From IMG/VR virus record IMGVR_UViG_3300032330_000130, positions 1 through 34,659 of that record: a DNA stretch of 34,659 nt. One strand, 5' to 3'. The position numbers were made by a program, and so were the translations under genes. The DNA comes from a virus (lineage: Duplodnaviria; Caudoviricetes). Below, in pieces: positions 1-9,006 of this stretch (positions are counted from its first letter, which is position 1; each line of letters starts with the position of its first letter). Below the pieces are notes generated by a model. The model was not told where the DNA came from. It did not search any database and was given only the letters and a program-made list of their open reading frames with translations.

Positions 1-91
1 AAAGCACAACTGGCGCAACACCCCCTAAAGGTGCGGCATCTTCTGACAAGTCTGGTGAGCGCATGGGTAAAACCGTGGGTGGCGTTTGCAT
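1..91. repeat. Terminal direct repeat, left copy (circular-assembly overlap)
   Basis: 1..91 matches 34569..34659 except at positions 28 (A vs C at 34596) and 87 (T vs G at 34655). Confidence 0.95.
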
Positions 92-185
92 GGGTAAGGA
101 AGATAAAGTAGGCGCTGACAAGCTGTTCAATACTGGTCGCACAGACGGTATTTGCTACACAAAAACTAAATCAGAGTACCGCTAA
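3..185 (+). CDS. 3' part of a ~70-aa G/K-rich hypothetical protein that crosses the circular junction (starts at 34541)
   Basis: Open frame STTGATPPKGAASSDKSGERMGK...TKSEYR*, continuous with the ATG at 34541 through the terminal overlap. Confidence 0.75.
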   Translation, partial: STTGATPPKGAASSDKSGERMGKTVGGVCMGKEDKVGADKLFNTGRTDGICYTKTKSEYR

Positions 186-190
186 AAAGC

Positions 191-228
191 GAAACCCAAA
201 CAGTCATGCACGACTGAATGGGCTTCTA
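191..228 (+). other. Intergenic stem-loop
   Basis: GAAACCCA-aa-CAGTC-atgcac-GACTG-aa-TGGGCTTC; no U-tract follows. Confidence 0.4.
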
Positions 229-254
229 AACATCACAAATGAAAAGGATTTGAA

Positions 255-473
255 ATGTCTACTTTGAATTGTAAGGCTTGTGTTTACTTTAATGACATAG
301 GTCAGATGGGGCAATGCAGACGCTACCCCACTTTCCAAAACCGCCATCATACCGAGTGGTGCGGTGAATTTGAGTTAGTTGCCATCGTCCCAACGGAGGA
401 TGTTTCACCCGTCCAAGTGGCGGGTGCTTTTTCTGGTAAGAAGCGCGGCAGACCAGCAAAGGCGGCAAAATGA
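255..473 (+). CDS. Small Cys-rich protein with a C-terminal AT-hook-like basic motif
   Basis: CxxC...C...WCGEF cysteine pattern, KKRGRPAK tail, AAGGA RBS. Confidence 0.75.
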   Translation: MSTLNCKACVYFNDIGQMGQCRRYPTFQNRHHTEWCGEFELVAIVPTEDVSPVQVAGAFSGKKRGRPAKAAK

Positions 474-751
474 ACTTGCAACCACTCAAAGACAAGATTC
501 TGGTGCGTCCTGAACAACGCATTCAAAGCACAATCTATTTCCAATCAGCAGAAGCCGAAAGCCGCGGCACAGTTATGGCGGTAGGCCCAGAAGCCGAAGC
601 CGAGGGCTTAAATGTTGGCGACAAGATTGCATTTGGTACGTTCCACAAAGACTACAAAGACGAATATTTAAAGTTTGAGGAAATCAAACACGATGACCAG
701 CGCTTACTCAAGATGAGTTGGCAAGATGTATGTTTTGTAATTGAGGAGTAA
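470..751 (+). CDS. groES: GroES/Cpn10-like co-chaperonin
   Basis: MNLQPLKDKILVRP...RGTVMAVGP...LNVGDKIAF...DV match the Cpn10 signature; 93 aa; ATGA coupling. Confidence 0.85.
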   Translation: MNLQPLKDKILVRPEQRIQSTIYFQSAEAESRGTVMAVGPEAEAEGLNVGDKIAFGTFHKDYKDEYLKFEEIKHDDQRLLKMSWQDVCFVIEE

Positions 752-753
752 AC

Positions 754-918
754 ATGGCGACTAAACCCGGCTTGTATGCCAACATTCACAAAAAGCAAGA
801 ACGTATCGAGCGCCAAAAGGCAGAGGGTAAACCCGTAGAGCGTATGAGAACGCCCGGCTCTAAGGGCGCACCTACTGCTGAAGCATTTAAACAATCTGCA
901 AAAACTGCAAAGAAATAA
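754..918 (+). CDS. Small basic phage protein, 54 aa (not in ORF track)
   Basis: MATKPGLYANIHKKQERIERQKAEGKPVERMRTPGSKGAPTAEAFKQSAKTAKK*; GAGGAG RBS. Confidence 0.8.
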   Translation: MATKPGLYANIHKKQERIERQKAEGKPVERMRTPGSKGAPTAEAFKQSAKTAKK

Positions 919-919
919 A

Positions 920-1063
920 ATGCCACTTATTAAATCTAAATCCCCCGAAGCGTTTAAAAAGAACATTAAAGCTGAAGTAAAGGCTGGCAAACCCATTAAA
1001 CAGGCTGTTGCAATTGCTTACTCAGAAAAGCGTGAAGCCGCTAAAAAGGATAAGAAAAAATGA
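920..1063 (+). CDS. Small basic phage protein, 47 aa (not in ORF track)
   Basis: MPLIKSKSPEAFKKNIKAEVKAGKPIKQAVAIAYSEKREAAKKDKKK*; the KQAVAIA motif is typical of small proteins near phage head genes. Confidence 0.8.
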   Translation: MPLIKSKSPEAFKKNIKAEVKAGKPIKQAVAIAYSEKREAAKKDKKK

Positions 1064-1209
1064 TTGAGCAAGTAAAAGCCCGAATTGCTGACCTTGAGAA
1101 GCAAAAAGAACAAATGTTGGCTAACTTTCACGCCATTTCAGGCGCTATTGCCGAGAATGAAGCATGGCTAAAACAACTTGCGGTTGAAAAGCCAGCCGAA
1201 ACCGAGTAA
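1060..1209 (+). CDS. Small coiled-coil hypothetical protein, 49 aa (not in ORF track)
   Basis: MIEQVKARIADLEKQKEQMLANFHAISGAIAENEAWLKQLAVEKPAETE*; ATGA overlap, AAGGA RBS. Confidence 0.7.
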   Translation: MIEQVKARIADLEKQKEQMLANFHAISGAIAENEAWLKQLAVEKPAETE

Positions 1210-1221
1210 ATTAGTGGCACT

Positions 1222-2265
1222 ATGCCAACACTAGCCGACATATACAGCGCCATCGACTCCGCTAAACGCAAGGGGTCTGATTTTGTTTGCAATCCCGGTG
1301 CAAGCCTCCAGCAAATGGCTGGTTACGGCATGGACAGGGCAAATGCCGCAAGGGATCAGCTATATGAGGCTACTGAGGCTGAAGGCATAGGTTACGGGCC
1401 AAAGACTAAGGCGCTGGCTCAAAAGATGGCTGAGTCATATAACCCTATAGGTATGACCACATGGCATGGATCGCCTCATGTATTTGAAAAGTTTGATCTA
1501 GGCAAGTTGGGAACTGGTGAAGGCGCACAGGCTTATGGGTCTGGGTTATATATGGCGCAAAACCCTAAAGTTGCTGAAGATTACGCTAAAACATTAGCCG
1601 CCAAATCAATGACAATAAATGGTCAGCCAATAGTTAAAGACATAAACAACTATTCTGTTCAAAAACTTGTTGGCGAATATGGAAACGACTTGCCAAAGTT
1701 AAAATCTGAATTAGACAAATATGCCAAAGATTATGCTGGCAACCCTTATGCTGACTTAATATCAGCACAAAATATAAGCAAAGCGATTGATGAAAAAAAG
1801 TTTAATGTAAATGCGGGCGGTAATCTTTACAAAGTTGACTTGCCTGACACACATATCCGCAGAATGCTTGATTGGGATGCACCTATAAAGGAACAACCCG
1901 TTGTTGTGCGTAAATTAGCCAAATCATTAGGGATTGACATGAATGACCTTGGCGGTGATTTGCTGGCTAAAGTAGGCAAAGACGAAGCTGGACGCAAAGT
2001 CATGCAAGACGCAGGGATTCGTGGCGTGAAGTATTTGGACGAGAAAAGCCGCTTTTCACCCCATGAAGTGTCCATAGCCGTAAAAGGCAAGCCATACGCT
2101 TCAAACCAATTTCTTACAAAAGAGCAAGCGGAAAAATATGCCGCTGAAAAGAAAGCCGAAGGGTTTGAAACTGCTTACAAAAACGTAGGTACTAAAAATT
2201 TTGTGGTGTTTGACCCAAATCACATGACAATCCTAGAACGCAACGCAAAACCCATCAATGACTGA
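1222..2265 (+). CDS. Stand-alone ADP-ribosyltransferase-like protein (ART-PolyVal / polyvalent-protein type domain)
   Basis: WHGSPHVFEKFDLGKLGTGEGAQAYGSGLYMA...GNLYKVDLP...LDWD...GIRGVKY...NFVVFDP motifs as in phage polyvalent proteins. Confidence 0.65.
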   Translation: MPTLADIYSAIDSAKRKGSDFVCNPGASLQQMAGYGMDRANAARDQLYEATEAEGIGYGPKTKALAQKMAESYNPIGMTTWHGSPHVFEKFDLGKLGTGEGAQAYGSGLYMAQNPKVAEDYAKTLAAKSMTINGQPIVKDINNYSVQKLVGEYGNDLPKLKSELDKYAKDYAGNPYADLISAQNISKAIDEKKFNVNAGGNLYKVDLPDTHIRRMLDWDAPIKEQPVVVRKLAKSLGIDMNDLGGDLLAKVGKDEAGRKVMQDAGIRGVKYLDEKSRFSPHEVSIAVKGKPYASNQFLTKEQAEKYAAEKKAEGFETAYKNVGTKNFVVFDPNHMTILERNAKPIND

Positions 2266-2671
2266 AACAACCGAAAAACGCCCTGTTGGTCGCCCATCCC
2301 TCTACAAATCAGAGTATTGTGAGGAAGTGATTGCATTGGGCAAAATCGGCAAAAGCGTGGAACAAATAGCCTCAAGATTAGGGTTTTCCCTACGCACAAT
2401 GTATCAATGGCGTGATGATCACGAAGAATTTTTGCACGCCTTGGAAGAAGCCAAGCAACATGAACTAGCTTGGTGGGAAGATCAAGCCGATTCTTACATG
2501 GTTGAGACTAAGGATGGGCCAAGGCTAAACGCAACATTGTGGTCTAGGTCTATGGCGGCAAGATTCCCCAAAAAGTACCGTGAGAGCGTAAAGCAAGAGA
2601 TTACAGGCGCTGATGGTGCGCCATTGCTAACGGGCATTCAAGTTAGCTTTGTAAAGCCTGATGACATCTAA
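2258..2671 (+). CDS. terS: Terminase small subunit
   Basis: GRPSLYKSEYCEEVI, HTH-like segment (SVEQIASRLGFSLRTMYQW), EITGADGAPL tail; upstream of terL. Confidence 0.85.
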   Translation: MTETTEKRPVGRPSLYKSEYCEEVIALGKIGKSVEQIASRLGFSLRTMYQWRDDHEEFLHALEEAKQHELAWWEDQADSYMVETKDGPRLNATLWSRSMAARFPKKYRESVKQEITGADGAPLLTGIQVSFVKPDDI

Positions 2672-2676
2672 GACGC

Positions 2677-2787
2677 ATGGGACAACCCATTCGTGTTGGA
2701 ATGTTAAGCCAGCGTTCAAGGATGTTGATGTGCGCCTTTTTCTGGCTTTCCAGCGCACCTAGCCAAAAACCGAATTGAGTTCCAACA
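2677..2787 (+). ncRNA. Candidate pseudoknotted structured RNA between terS and terL
   Basis: ATGGG/CCCAT hairpin; TGTTGGAA/TTCCAACA closing stem; GTGCGC/GCGCAC hairpin whose loop CTGGCTT is complementary to upstream AAGCCAG. Confidence 0.55.
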
Positions 2788-2791
2788 ACCT

Positions 2792-4075
2792 ATGTCTGAT
2801 GTAACCCAAGCAATTGCGAAGGCAGAATTCCCACTCAAGTTGGAATGCCTGTTTAAGCCATCACGTTACAAAGTCCTGTACGGTGGACGCGGTGGCGCTA
2901 AGTCATGGGGGGTTGCTAGGGCTTTGCTGATTAAAGGCGCACAAGCCCCGTTAAGAGTGCTTTGCGCCCGTGAATTCCAGACTTCCATCAAAGACTCAGT
3001 TCACAAGCTACTGTGTGACCAGATCGAGGCTTTAGGATTGCTTGGCTTTTACGAAATCACACAAACTAACATCAGGGGCAAAAATGGCTCAGAGTTCAGC
3101 TTTGTGGGTTTAAAGAACAATGTTGCCAACGTCAAGTCCTATGAGGGTGTTGATGTGTGTTGGGTTGAGGAAGCGCAGACAACCAGCCGTATGTCGTGGA
3201 ACGTCCTGATTCCAACGATTCGTAAGGAAAAGTCTGAAATCTGGATTACGTTCAATCCTGAGTTAGAGACTGATGAGACTTACCAGCGGTTTGTAGCTAA
3301 CCCGCCAGAGGATTGCATAGTCCAAAAGGTCAACTGGTCTGATAACCCGTGGTTTCCCGAAACGCTGAAACTTGAGAAGGATGCGCTTAAACACCGTGAT
3401 CCACAGGCTTATAACGTGGTTTGGGAGGGTTTATGCCGACAGACCGTAGATGGGGCTATCTTTGCCAGAGAAATGCAATTGGCTGAGTTAGATGGGCGCA
3501 TCACAAAAGTCAACTACGATGCCACAAAGCCCGTTCACGCCATCTTTGACCTTGGTTGGTCTGATGCCACAGCAATCTGGTTCTTACAGTTTGTTGGCAT
3601 GGAAACCCGCTTGATTCGCTATATTGAGGGCAATCAGCAGACCATGAGCGATTATCTAGCCAAGATGCAGACCTTTGGGTATATGTACGACACGCTTTGG
3701 CTTCCCCATGATGCTGAAAACAAAACGCTGGCGGCAAACGGCAGAAGCATTGAGGAAATCGTAAGGGCGGCTGGTTATAAAACCAAAATAATCCCTAGAA
3801 CGCCCATCATGGATTCAATCAATGCGGCTAGAACATTGTTTACAAATATGTGGTTTGACAGGGATAACTGTCACGAGGGCTTGCAATGCCTACGCCATTA
3901 CCGTTACGATGTTGACCCAGACACTAAGCAATTTAGCAAAACGCCTTTGCACGACAATTATTCGCATGGCGCTGATGCGTTTAGGTATATTGGTCTGATG
4001 GTTAATGAGCCTAGACAAGCCAGAAAGCCCAGACCCAATGCAAATTATGGTAGCCAACACTCATGGATGAGTTAA
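2792..4075 (+). CDS. terL: Terminase large subunit (PBSX/XtmB family)
   Basis: Walker A YGGRGGAKS, Walker B CWVEEAQ, TFNP motif, nuclease DLGWSD and HGADAFRY. Confidence 0.97.
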   Translation: MSDVTQAIAKAEFPLKLECLFKPSRYKVLYGGRGGAKSWGVARALLIKGAQAPLRVLCAREFQTSIKDSVHKLLCDQIEALGLLGFYEITQTNIRGKNGSEFSFVGLKNNVANVKSYEGVDVCWVEEAQTTSRMSWNVLIPTIRKEKSEIWITFNPELETDETYQRFVANPPEDCIVQKVNWSDNPWFPETLKLEKDALKHRDPQAYNVVWEGLCRQTVDGAIFAREMQLAELDGRITKVNYDATKPVHAIFDLGWSDATAIWFLQFVGMETRLIRYIEGNQQTMSDYLAKMQTFGYMYDTLWLPHDAENKTLAANGRSIEEIVRAAGYKTKIIPRTPIMDSINAARTLFTNMWFDRDNCHEGLQCLRHYRYDVDPDTKQFSKTPLHDNYSHGADAFRYIGLMVNEPRQARKPRPNANYGSQHSWMS

Positions 4076-4104
4076 AATGGCTCAAAATCACTTAGGGCAA
4101 CATC

Positions 4105-6186
4105 ATGGCTGATGATTACGACTCACGAATCCAAGAGGCAATAGAGTTTCTCAAGTTTGCTAATGATGCAGACACGATGAACCGTCAGGAAGCGCTTGAG
4201 GATTTGAAGTTTGGCGCTGGTGATCAATGGCCTGTAGAACTGCAAAACTCACGCAATCTTGAATCACGCCCTGTCATTACGGTGAATAAGGTGGACAACT
4301 ATTGCCGCCAAGTTTCAAATCAACAACGCCAGCAACGCCCCCGCATCAAAGTTCATGCCACAAATACGCATGAAGATATGGTGGATGCACAGACAATCAG
4401 CGGCATCATTCGCCACATTGAAGTCAATTCCAACGCTGATCATGCTTACGACAATGCGTTTGAATATGCTGTACGCATGGGTTGGGGCTATATGCGGGTC
4501 AGAACTGACTACATTTCAGAGGATTCCTTTGATCAGGAAATCTACATTGACCCTGTGGATAACCCATTCACGGTTTACTTTGACCCCAATTCTGTGTTGC
4601 CTGATGGCTCTGACGCTGACCGTTGCTTAATTACAACAATGATGCTGAAAGAGGAATTCCGCAAGTTGTACCCAGACGCTGATGATGGCGGCACAAGTTT
4701 CACACAACGCGGCACAGGCGACTCACAGTCTGAGTGGATCACCAAAGAGGACATTCGCCTTGCTGAGTATTACTACACGGTCAGAGAAAAAGCGACTTTG
4801 TATCTTTTGAGCGATGGATCAGCTACTTTTGCTGATGACAAAGACTTTTTCCAGCGCCTAGCCGCTTACGGCATTTCGGTGGTGGATAAGCGTGATTCAT
4901 TCAAAAAAACCATCAAATACTGCAAAATGACCGCGGTTGAGGTGCTTGAGGAACGCGATTGGGCTGGCAAATACATTCCAATTGTTCCCGTGTATGGCAG
5001 ACACATTGTCATTGGTGACAAGCGCAAAAAGTTTGGCATGATTCGCTATGCCAAAGACCCACAGAGGATGTATAACTTTTGGCAAACCGCCATTACTGAA
5101 GGTGTTGCATTAGCACCCAAAGCTAAATGGTTGCTGGCTGAAGGTCAGGACGAAGGGCATGAGAGCGATTGGGCAAATGCCAACATCAAGTCATTCCCTG
5201 TGTTGCGTTACAAACAGACAGATATTGATGGTCGCCCTGCGCCAGTTCCTACCCGTTTACAGCCTGAACCCCCACAAGCGGGAATTATGGCCGCGGCTAT
5301 GGGTGTGGACAACGACATTAAGAACATCATGGGTGTGTTTGACCCTGCTCAACTTGGGCAAGGCAACATTTCAGGCAAAGCATTAAATGGTCAGCAACAA
5401 CAAGTTGACCTGACAAACTTTGACTATTACGACAACCTTACACGTTCAATCAGTCACATTGGCAAAATCTGCCTTGACTTGATCCCTAAGATTTACGACA
5501 CAGAGCGAGTCATGCGAATCATTGGCGATGATGGCAAGCCAGAACTGTTGACCATTAACCAGCGTGACTCTGTTGGCAGGGTGCTAAATGACATCAGCGT
5601 TGGTCAATATGATGTGGTGATGGAGACAGGGCCGGGCTACAACAGCAAACGTCAGGAAGCCGTGGACAATATGCTTCCCCTGCTTTCAGCCGCACCAGAA
5701 CTTATGCAAGTTGCGGGTGATTTGGTGTTTAGAAACATGGATTGGCCCGGTGCTGACATCATTGCTGACCGCCTTGCCGCCTCTAACCCAATGGCTCAAA
5801 TTGACGATAAATCTAAAGTGCCGCCACAAGTCCAAATGCAATTGGCTATGTCGCAAAAACAGATTCAGGAACTTACACAGGCGCTTCAGGCTAGAGACAT
5901 GATGCTGAAAAACCGCATGGATGTTGAGCAAATGAAGCAAGATTCGGAGACTAAGCGCACCCTGATGAAAGAGACAAACAGGGCGCATGAGTCTGAATTG
6001 CGTGATGCAAGTGACCGTGAAGAAATGCGTATGCGTGTGGATGGTCAAGCGCACGACACGGTGGTTAAAACACAGACACAACTTGAGATTGAGCGCATGA
6101 AAGCTGAAATAGCTATGTTGCTTGCTCAAATGGACAGAAAAACATTAAATAATGCTAGTGCAGAAACAACTGAACGGGCTATTTGA
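4105..6186 (+). CDS. P22-like portal protein
   Basis: 693 aa after terL; DLKF..GDQW, RPVITVNKV, KDPQRMYN, SGKALN motifs; long C-terminal coiled coil like the P22 gp1 barrel. Confidence 0.93.
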   Translation: MADDYDSRIQEAIEFLKFANDADTMNRQEALEDLKFGAGDQWPVELQNSRNLESRPVITVNKVDNYCRQVSNQQRQQRPRIKVHATNTHEDMVDAQTISGIIRHIEVNSNADHAYDNAFEYAVRMGWGYMRVRTDYISEDSFDQEIYIDPVDNPFTVYFDPNSVLPDGSDADRCLITTMMLKEEFRKLYPDADDGGTSFTQRGTGDSQSEWITKEDIRLAEYYYTVREKATLYLLSDGSATFADDKDFFQRLAAYGISVVDKRDSFKKTIKYCKMTAVEVLEERDWAGKYIPIVPVYGRHIVIGDKRKKFGMIRYAKDPQRMYNFWQTAITEGVALAPKAKWLLAEGQDEGHESDWANANIKSFPVLRYKQTDIDGRPAPVPTRLQPEPPQAGIMAAAMGVDNDIKNIMGVFDPAQLGQGNISGKALNGQQQQVDLTNFDYYDNLTRSISHIGKICLDLIPKIYDTERVMRIIGDDGKPELLTINQRDSVGRVLNDISVGQYDVVMETGPGYNSKRQEAVDNMLPLLSAAPELMQVAGDLVFRNMDWPGADIIADRLAASNPMAQIDDKSKVPPQVQMQLAMSQKQIQELTQALQARDMMLKNRMDVEQMKQDSETKRTLMKETNRAHESELRDASDREEMRMRVDGQAHDTVVKTQTQLEIERMKAEIAMLLAQMDRKTLNNASAETTERAI

Positions 6187-6241
6187 TTTTGTAAAGAATA
6201 TGTGGTAAAAACCACTAAACCGTACCTGTGAGGTTCACAGG
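6183..6241 (+). promoter_or_regulatory. Putative sigma70 promoter and leader hairpin upstream of the scaffold gene
   Basis: TTGATT-17 bp-TAAAAA with TG extension; CCTGTGA-ggt-TCACAGG hairpin at 6225-6241. Confidence 0.4.
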
Positions 6242-6261
6242 GTCAAATCGTTGGGAAACGT

Positions 6262-7164
6262 ATGTCCGAAAAAGAAGCGGGTCAAGTATTGACCAGTGAG
6301 AATGCGGCAGAATTTTATGCAAACAGATTAGGTTTAGCTGAATCTCCAGCGGATACTGAGGCGGTTGAGGAAACTCCCGAGCCAGTAGACGAGGAAACGC
6401 AGAGTGAACCGAAAGAGGCAGAAAAGGAAGCAAACCAAGAGGGTGAGCGTAAGCAAAATCCTAAACTTGAAAAGCGGTTTTCAGAGATAACCAAGCAACG
6501 TGAGGAAGCGCGAAAAGAAGCGCAGAACGAGCGTCAAGCTAGGGTAGAACTAGAACAGCGTTTGGCGGCACTAGAACAGCAGAGACAGCCTCAACAGCAG
6601 TCTTATGTTGATCAAGAGCCACAACCAAGCCAGTTCAACGATGCGTTTGAGTATGCGAAGGCTCTAGCTGAGTTTTCAACAGAAAAAGCGTTAGCTGAAC
6701 GGGATAGGCAAGTAGCACAGCAGAGAGAGCAAGAAGCGCAACAAAAGATTATCCAATCTTGGGCGCAAAAGGTTCAGGAAGCGAAGGCAGAACTGCCCGA
6801 TTTTGATGATTTGGTCGCTTCCAGTGACGTAGTTGTAAACAACGCAGTCAGGGATGCAATTCTGGAGAGTGATGTAGGCCCAAAAATCCTGTATCACCTA
6901 GCTGAAAACAATGACCTAGCCAAAAAGATCGCCAGCTTGAGTCCAAATGCCGCGCTTAGAGAGATAGGAAAACTGGAAGCAAAGTTTGAGGCAAAGCCTG
7001 AGACTACGCAGACAGCCCCTGTTGTGAGAAGTAAAGCACCAGCACCGATTCAACCGATTCGTGGTGGGCAAGGCAAGGCTGATGTACCGATTTCCGCTGA
7101 TGGCGAATTTCATGGTTCATATCAGGCTTGGAAAGCCGCCAGAAAATCGGGGAAAATTCGGTAA
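6262..7164 (+). CDS. Capsid scaffolding protein
   Basis: Acidic N-terminus, coiled coil, GPKILYHLA and SKAPAPI motifs; lies between portal and coat. Confidence 0.88.
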   Translation: MSEKEAGQVLTSENAAEFYANRLGLAESPADTEAVEETPEPVDEETQSEPKEAEKEANQEGERKQNPKLEKRFSEITKQREEARKEAQNERQARVELEQRLAALEQQRQPQQQSYVDQEPQPSQFNDAFEYAKALAEFSTEKALAERDRQVAQQREQEAQQKIIQSWAQKVQEAKAELPDFDDLVASSDVVVNNAVRDAILESDVGPKILYHLAENNDLAKKIASLSPNAALREIGKLEAKFEAKPETTQTAPVVRSKAPAPIQPIRGGQGKADVPISADGEFHGSYQAWKAARKSGKIR

Positions 7165-7188
7165 ACCTAATCTTTTTGGAGTTTAAAA

Positions 7189-8427
7189 ATGGCTAATAAT
7201 TTATTGACGATCAGCAAGATCACAAATGAGGCCTTAATGGTCTTGGAAAATGAGTTGACTTTCACAAGTGAAGTTGACCGCAATTATGACGATCAGTTCG
7301 CTGTTGTCGGTGCAAAGATTGGTAACACAGTCAATGTCCGCAAGCCCGGTCGTTTCATTGGTACTACTGGCCCTGCATTGAATGTGGAAGATTTTAACGA
7401 GACTTCAGTTCCCGTTACATTGTCTACACAATTCCATGTGGACACACAATTTACTACGCAAGATTTGGCCCTATCTTTGGATATGTTCTCTGACCGCGTG
7501 TTGAAGCCAGCTATTGCCGCTATTGCCAACAAGATTGACCGTGATGGTATGTCTATGGCTACCCTGCAAACTGCCAACATCGTTGGTACTGCTGGAACAC
7601 CGCCCACAGGCTTGATCACATATCTGACTGCTGGCGCATATCTTGACTCTGAAGGCGCACCCCGTGACGGTCGCAGATCATGTATCGTTGAGCCTTTCAC
7701 ATCAGCAACCATTGTTGATAGCTTGAAGGGTTTGTTCGTTCCCTCTGACCGTATTGGTACACAGTACGAAAAGGGTTTGATGGGACGCGACTCTGCTGGC
7801 ATGAACTGGAAGATGGATCAGAACGTGGTAAGCCAAACCTTTGGCTCATTCGCGGGAACTGCTGTCTGTTCAACTACTGCCGCTTCAGGCTTCCTGACTT
7901 CTGGTTGGGCATCCTCTAGCACTATCACTTTGACTGCTACTGGTGCGGTTTCCCTTAACGCTGGCGATGTATTCCAAATCGCTGGTGTTTATGCGGTCAA
8001 CCCCCAGAATCGTCAAGCCTACGGCACAAACAAACTGCGTAATTTCGTAGTTAAGACTGCTGTTGCCGCTACTGATACCACAATGACTGTGGTTGTTAGC
8101 CCTGCTGTGATTACCGCTGGTCAATTCCAGAACGTGTCAATCCCAACAACTAGCACGACTGCCGCCATTACGTTCTTTAACAAGACGGGTACTGTTTCTC
8201 CACAAAACATCATCATGCACCGCAATGCGTTCACGCTGGCCGTGGCTGATCTTGAATTGCCAGAGGGAGTCCACTTTGCTGGTCGCGCTTCTGATAAGGA
8301 AATCGGGCTGTCCATGCGTGTGGTGCGGCAATATACAATTAACAACGATTCCATTCCAACACGTTTGGACGTTCTGTATGGTTGGGCCCCACTCTACCCA
8401 GAGTTGGCTTGCCGCGTAGCCGCCTAA
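7189..8427 (+). CDS. Major capsid protein, P22 gp5 family
   Basis: MANNLLTISKITNEAL.VLEN, KIGNTVNVRKP, HRNAFTLA, RLDVLYGW motifs. Confidence 0.95.
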   Translation: MANNLLTISKITNEALMVLENELTFTSEVDRNYDDQFAVVGAKIGNTVNVRKPGRFIGTTGPALNVEDFNETSVPVTLSTQFHVDTQFTTQDLALSLDMFSDRVLKPAIAAIANKIDRDGMSMATLQTANIVGTAGTPPTGLITYLTAGAYLDSEGAPRDGRRSCIVEPFTSATIVDSLKGLFVPSDRIGTQYEKGLMGRDSAGMNWKMDQNVVSQTFGSFAGTAVCSTTAASGFLTSGWASSSTITLTATGAVSLNAGDVFQIAGVYAVNPQNRQAYGTNKLRNFVVKTAVAATDTTMTVVVSPAVITAGQFQNVSIPTTSTTAAITFFNKTGTVSPQNIIMHRNAFTLAVADLELPEGVHFAGRASDKEIGLSMRVVRQYTINNDSIPTRLDVLYGWAPLYPELACRVAA

Positions 8428-8482
8428 TGGTCTAGGGGGGACTAATAATCCCCCCGTTCTAAACTTAATTTAAGGAAACATC

Positions 8483-8914
8483 ATGAGCAATCCCGGCCCA
8501 GCAAGTACCACAACGATTCACCCATCTAATTTGGCAACAAATCAGGCTATCCGCTTATTGGCTTACGCCAACGCTGTGCCTATCAGCCAAACGGGTGACG
8601 CTTCTGTAACCCTACCGATCAACAACACCACAACCTACGCTGTGACCAATGTTGCCATCACCAACGCTAACAAAGACGTTAGCTCTGGTGCATTGGCTAT
8701 CTGGACATTACCCGCTGGTCAAGGTACTGAGATCGTTACCAATGCGGCTTTGACAGGCAACACATCTTCAGCTTATGTGACCAACTCAACCGTTGTGTCC
8801 GCTACGAAAAATGCTAACTTGTCAGCACAAACCCTTTATGTAAAAGTTGGCACAGCCGTTTCTGGCGGTACTGTTGACATTTTCGTTTACGGTTACGACT
8901 TCTCCGAGTTTTAA
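8483..8914 (+). CDS. Virion protein, probable capsid decoration/cement
   Basis: Directly after coat and before the terminator; beta-rich; C-terminal TVDIFVYG; AAGGA RBS. Confidence 0.6.
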   Translation: MSNPGPASTTTIHPSNLATNQAIRLLAYANAVPISQTGDASVTLPINNTTTYAVTNVAITNANKDVSSGALAIWTLPAGQGTEIVTNAALTGNTSSAYVTNSTVVSATKNANLSAQTLYVKVGTAVSGGTVDIFVYGYDFSEF

Positions 8915-8932
8915 TCGGGGATAAAAGAGAAC

Positions 8933-8970
8933 AAAGCCACTCTGTCAAAGGGGTGGCTTTTTCTTTATTT
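8933..8970 (+). terminator. Rho-independent terminator
   Basis: AAAGCCACTCT-gtcaa-AGGGGTGGCTTT followed by a T-rich tract. Confidence 0.85.
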
Positions 8971-9006
8971 GGCGTTACAATTTAATTATTCTCTAAAGGA
9001 ATCATC

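Noticed and set aside
1-91. Physical direct terminal repeat of the virion DNA
   Set aside because: It falls mid-ORF, and a PBSX-type terminase with a P22-like head suggests headful packaging; more likely an assembly overlap
2379-2392. TAGGG-N-CCCTA palindrome in terS, also at 30437-30451 and 30862-30874, as a pac site or operator
   Set aside because: Spacer varies from 3 to 5 nt and nothing else supports a shared function
2658-2700. Hammerhead ribozyme suggested by CTGATGA
   Set aside because: No properly placed GAAA core or three-stem junction; the motif is simply Pro-Asp-Asp coding sequence
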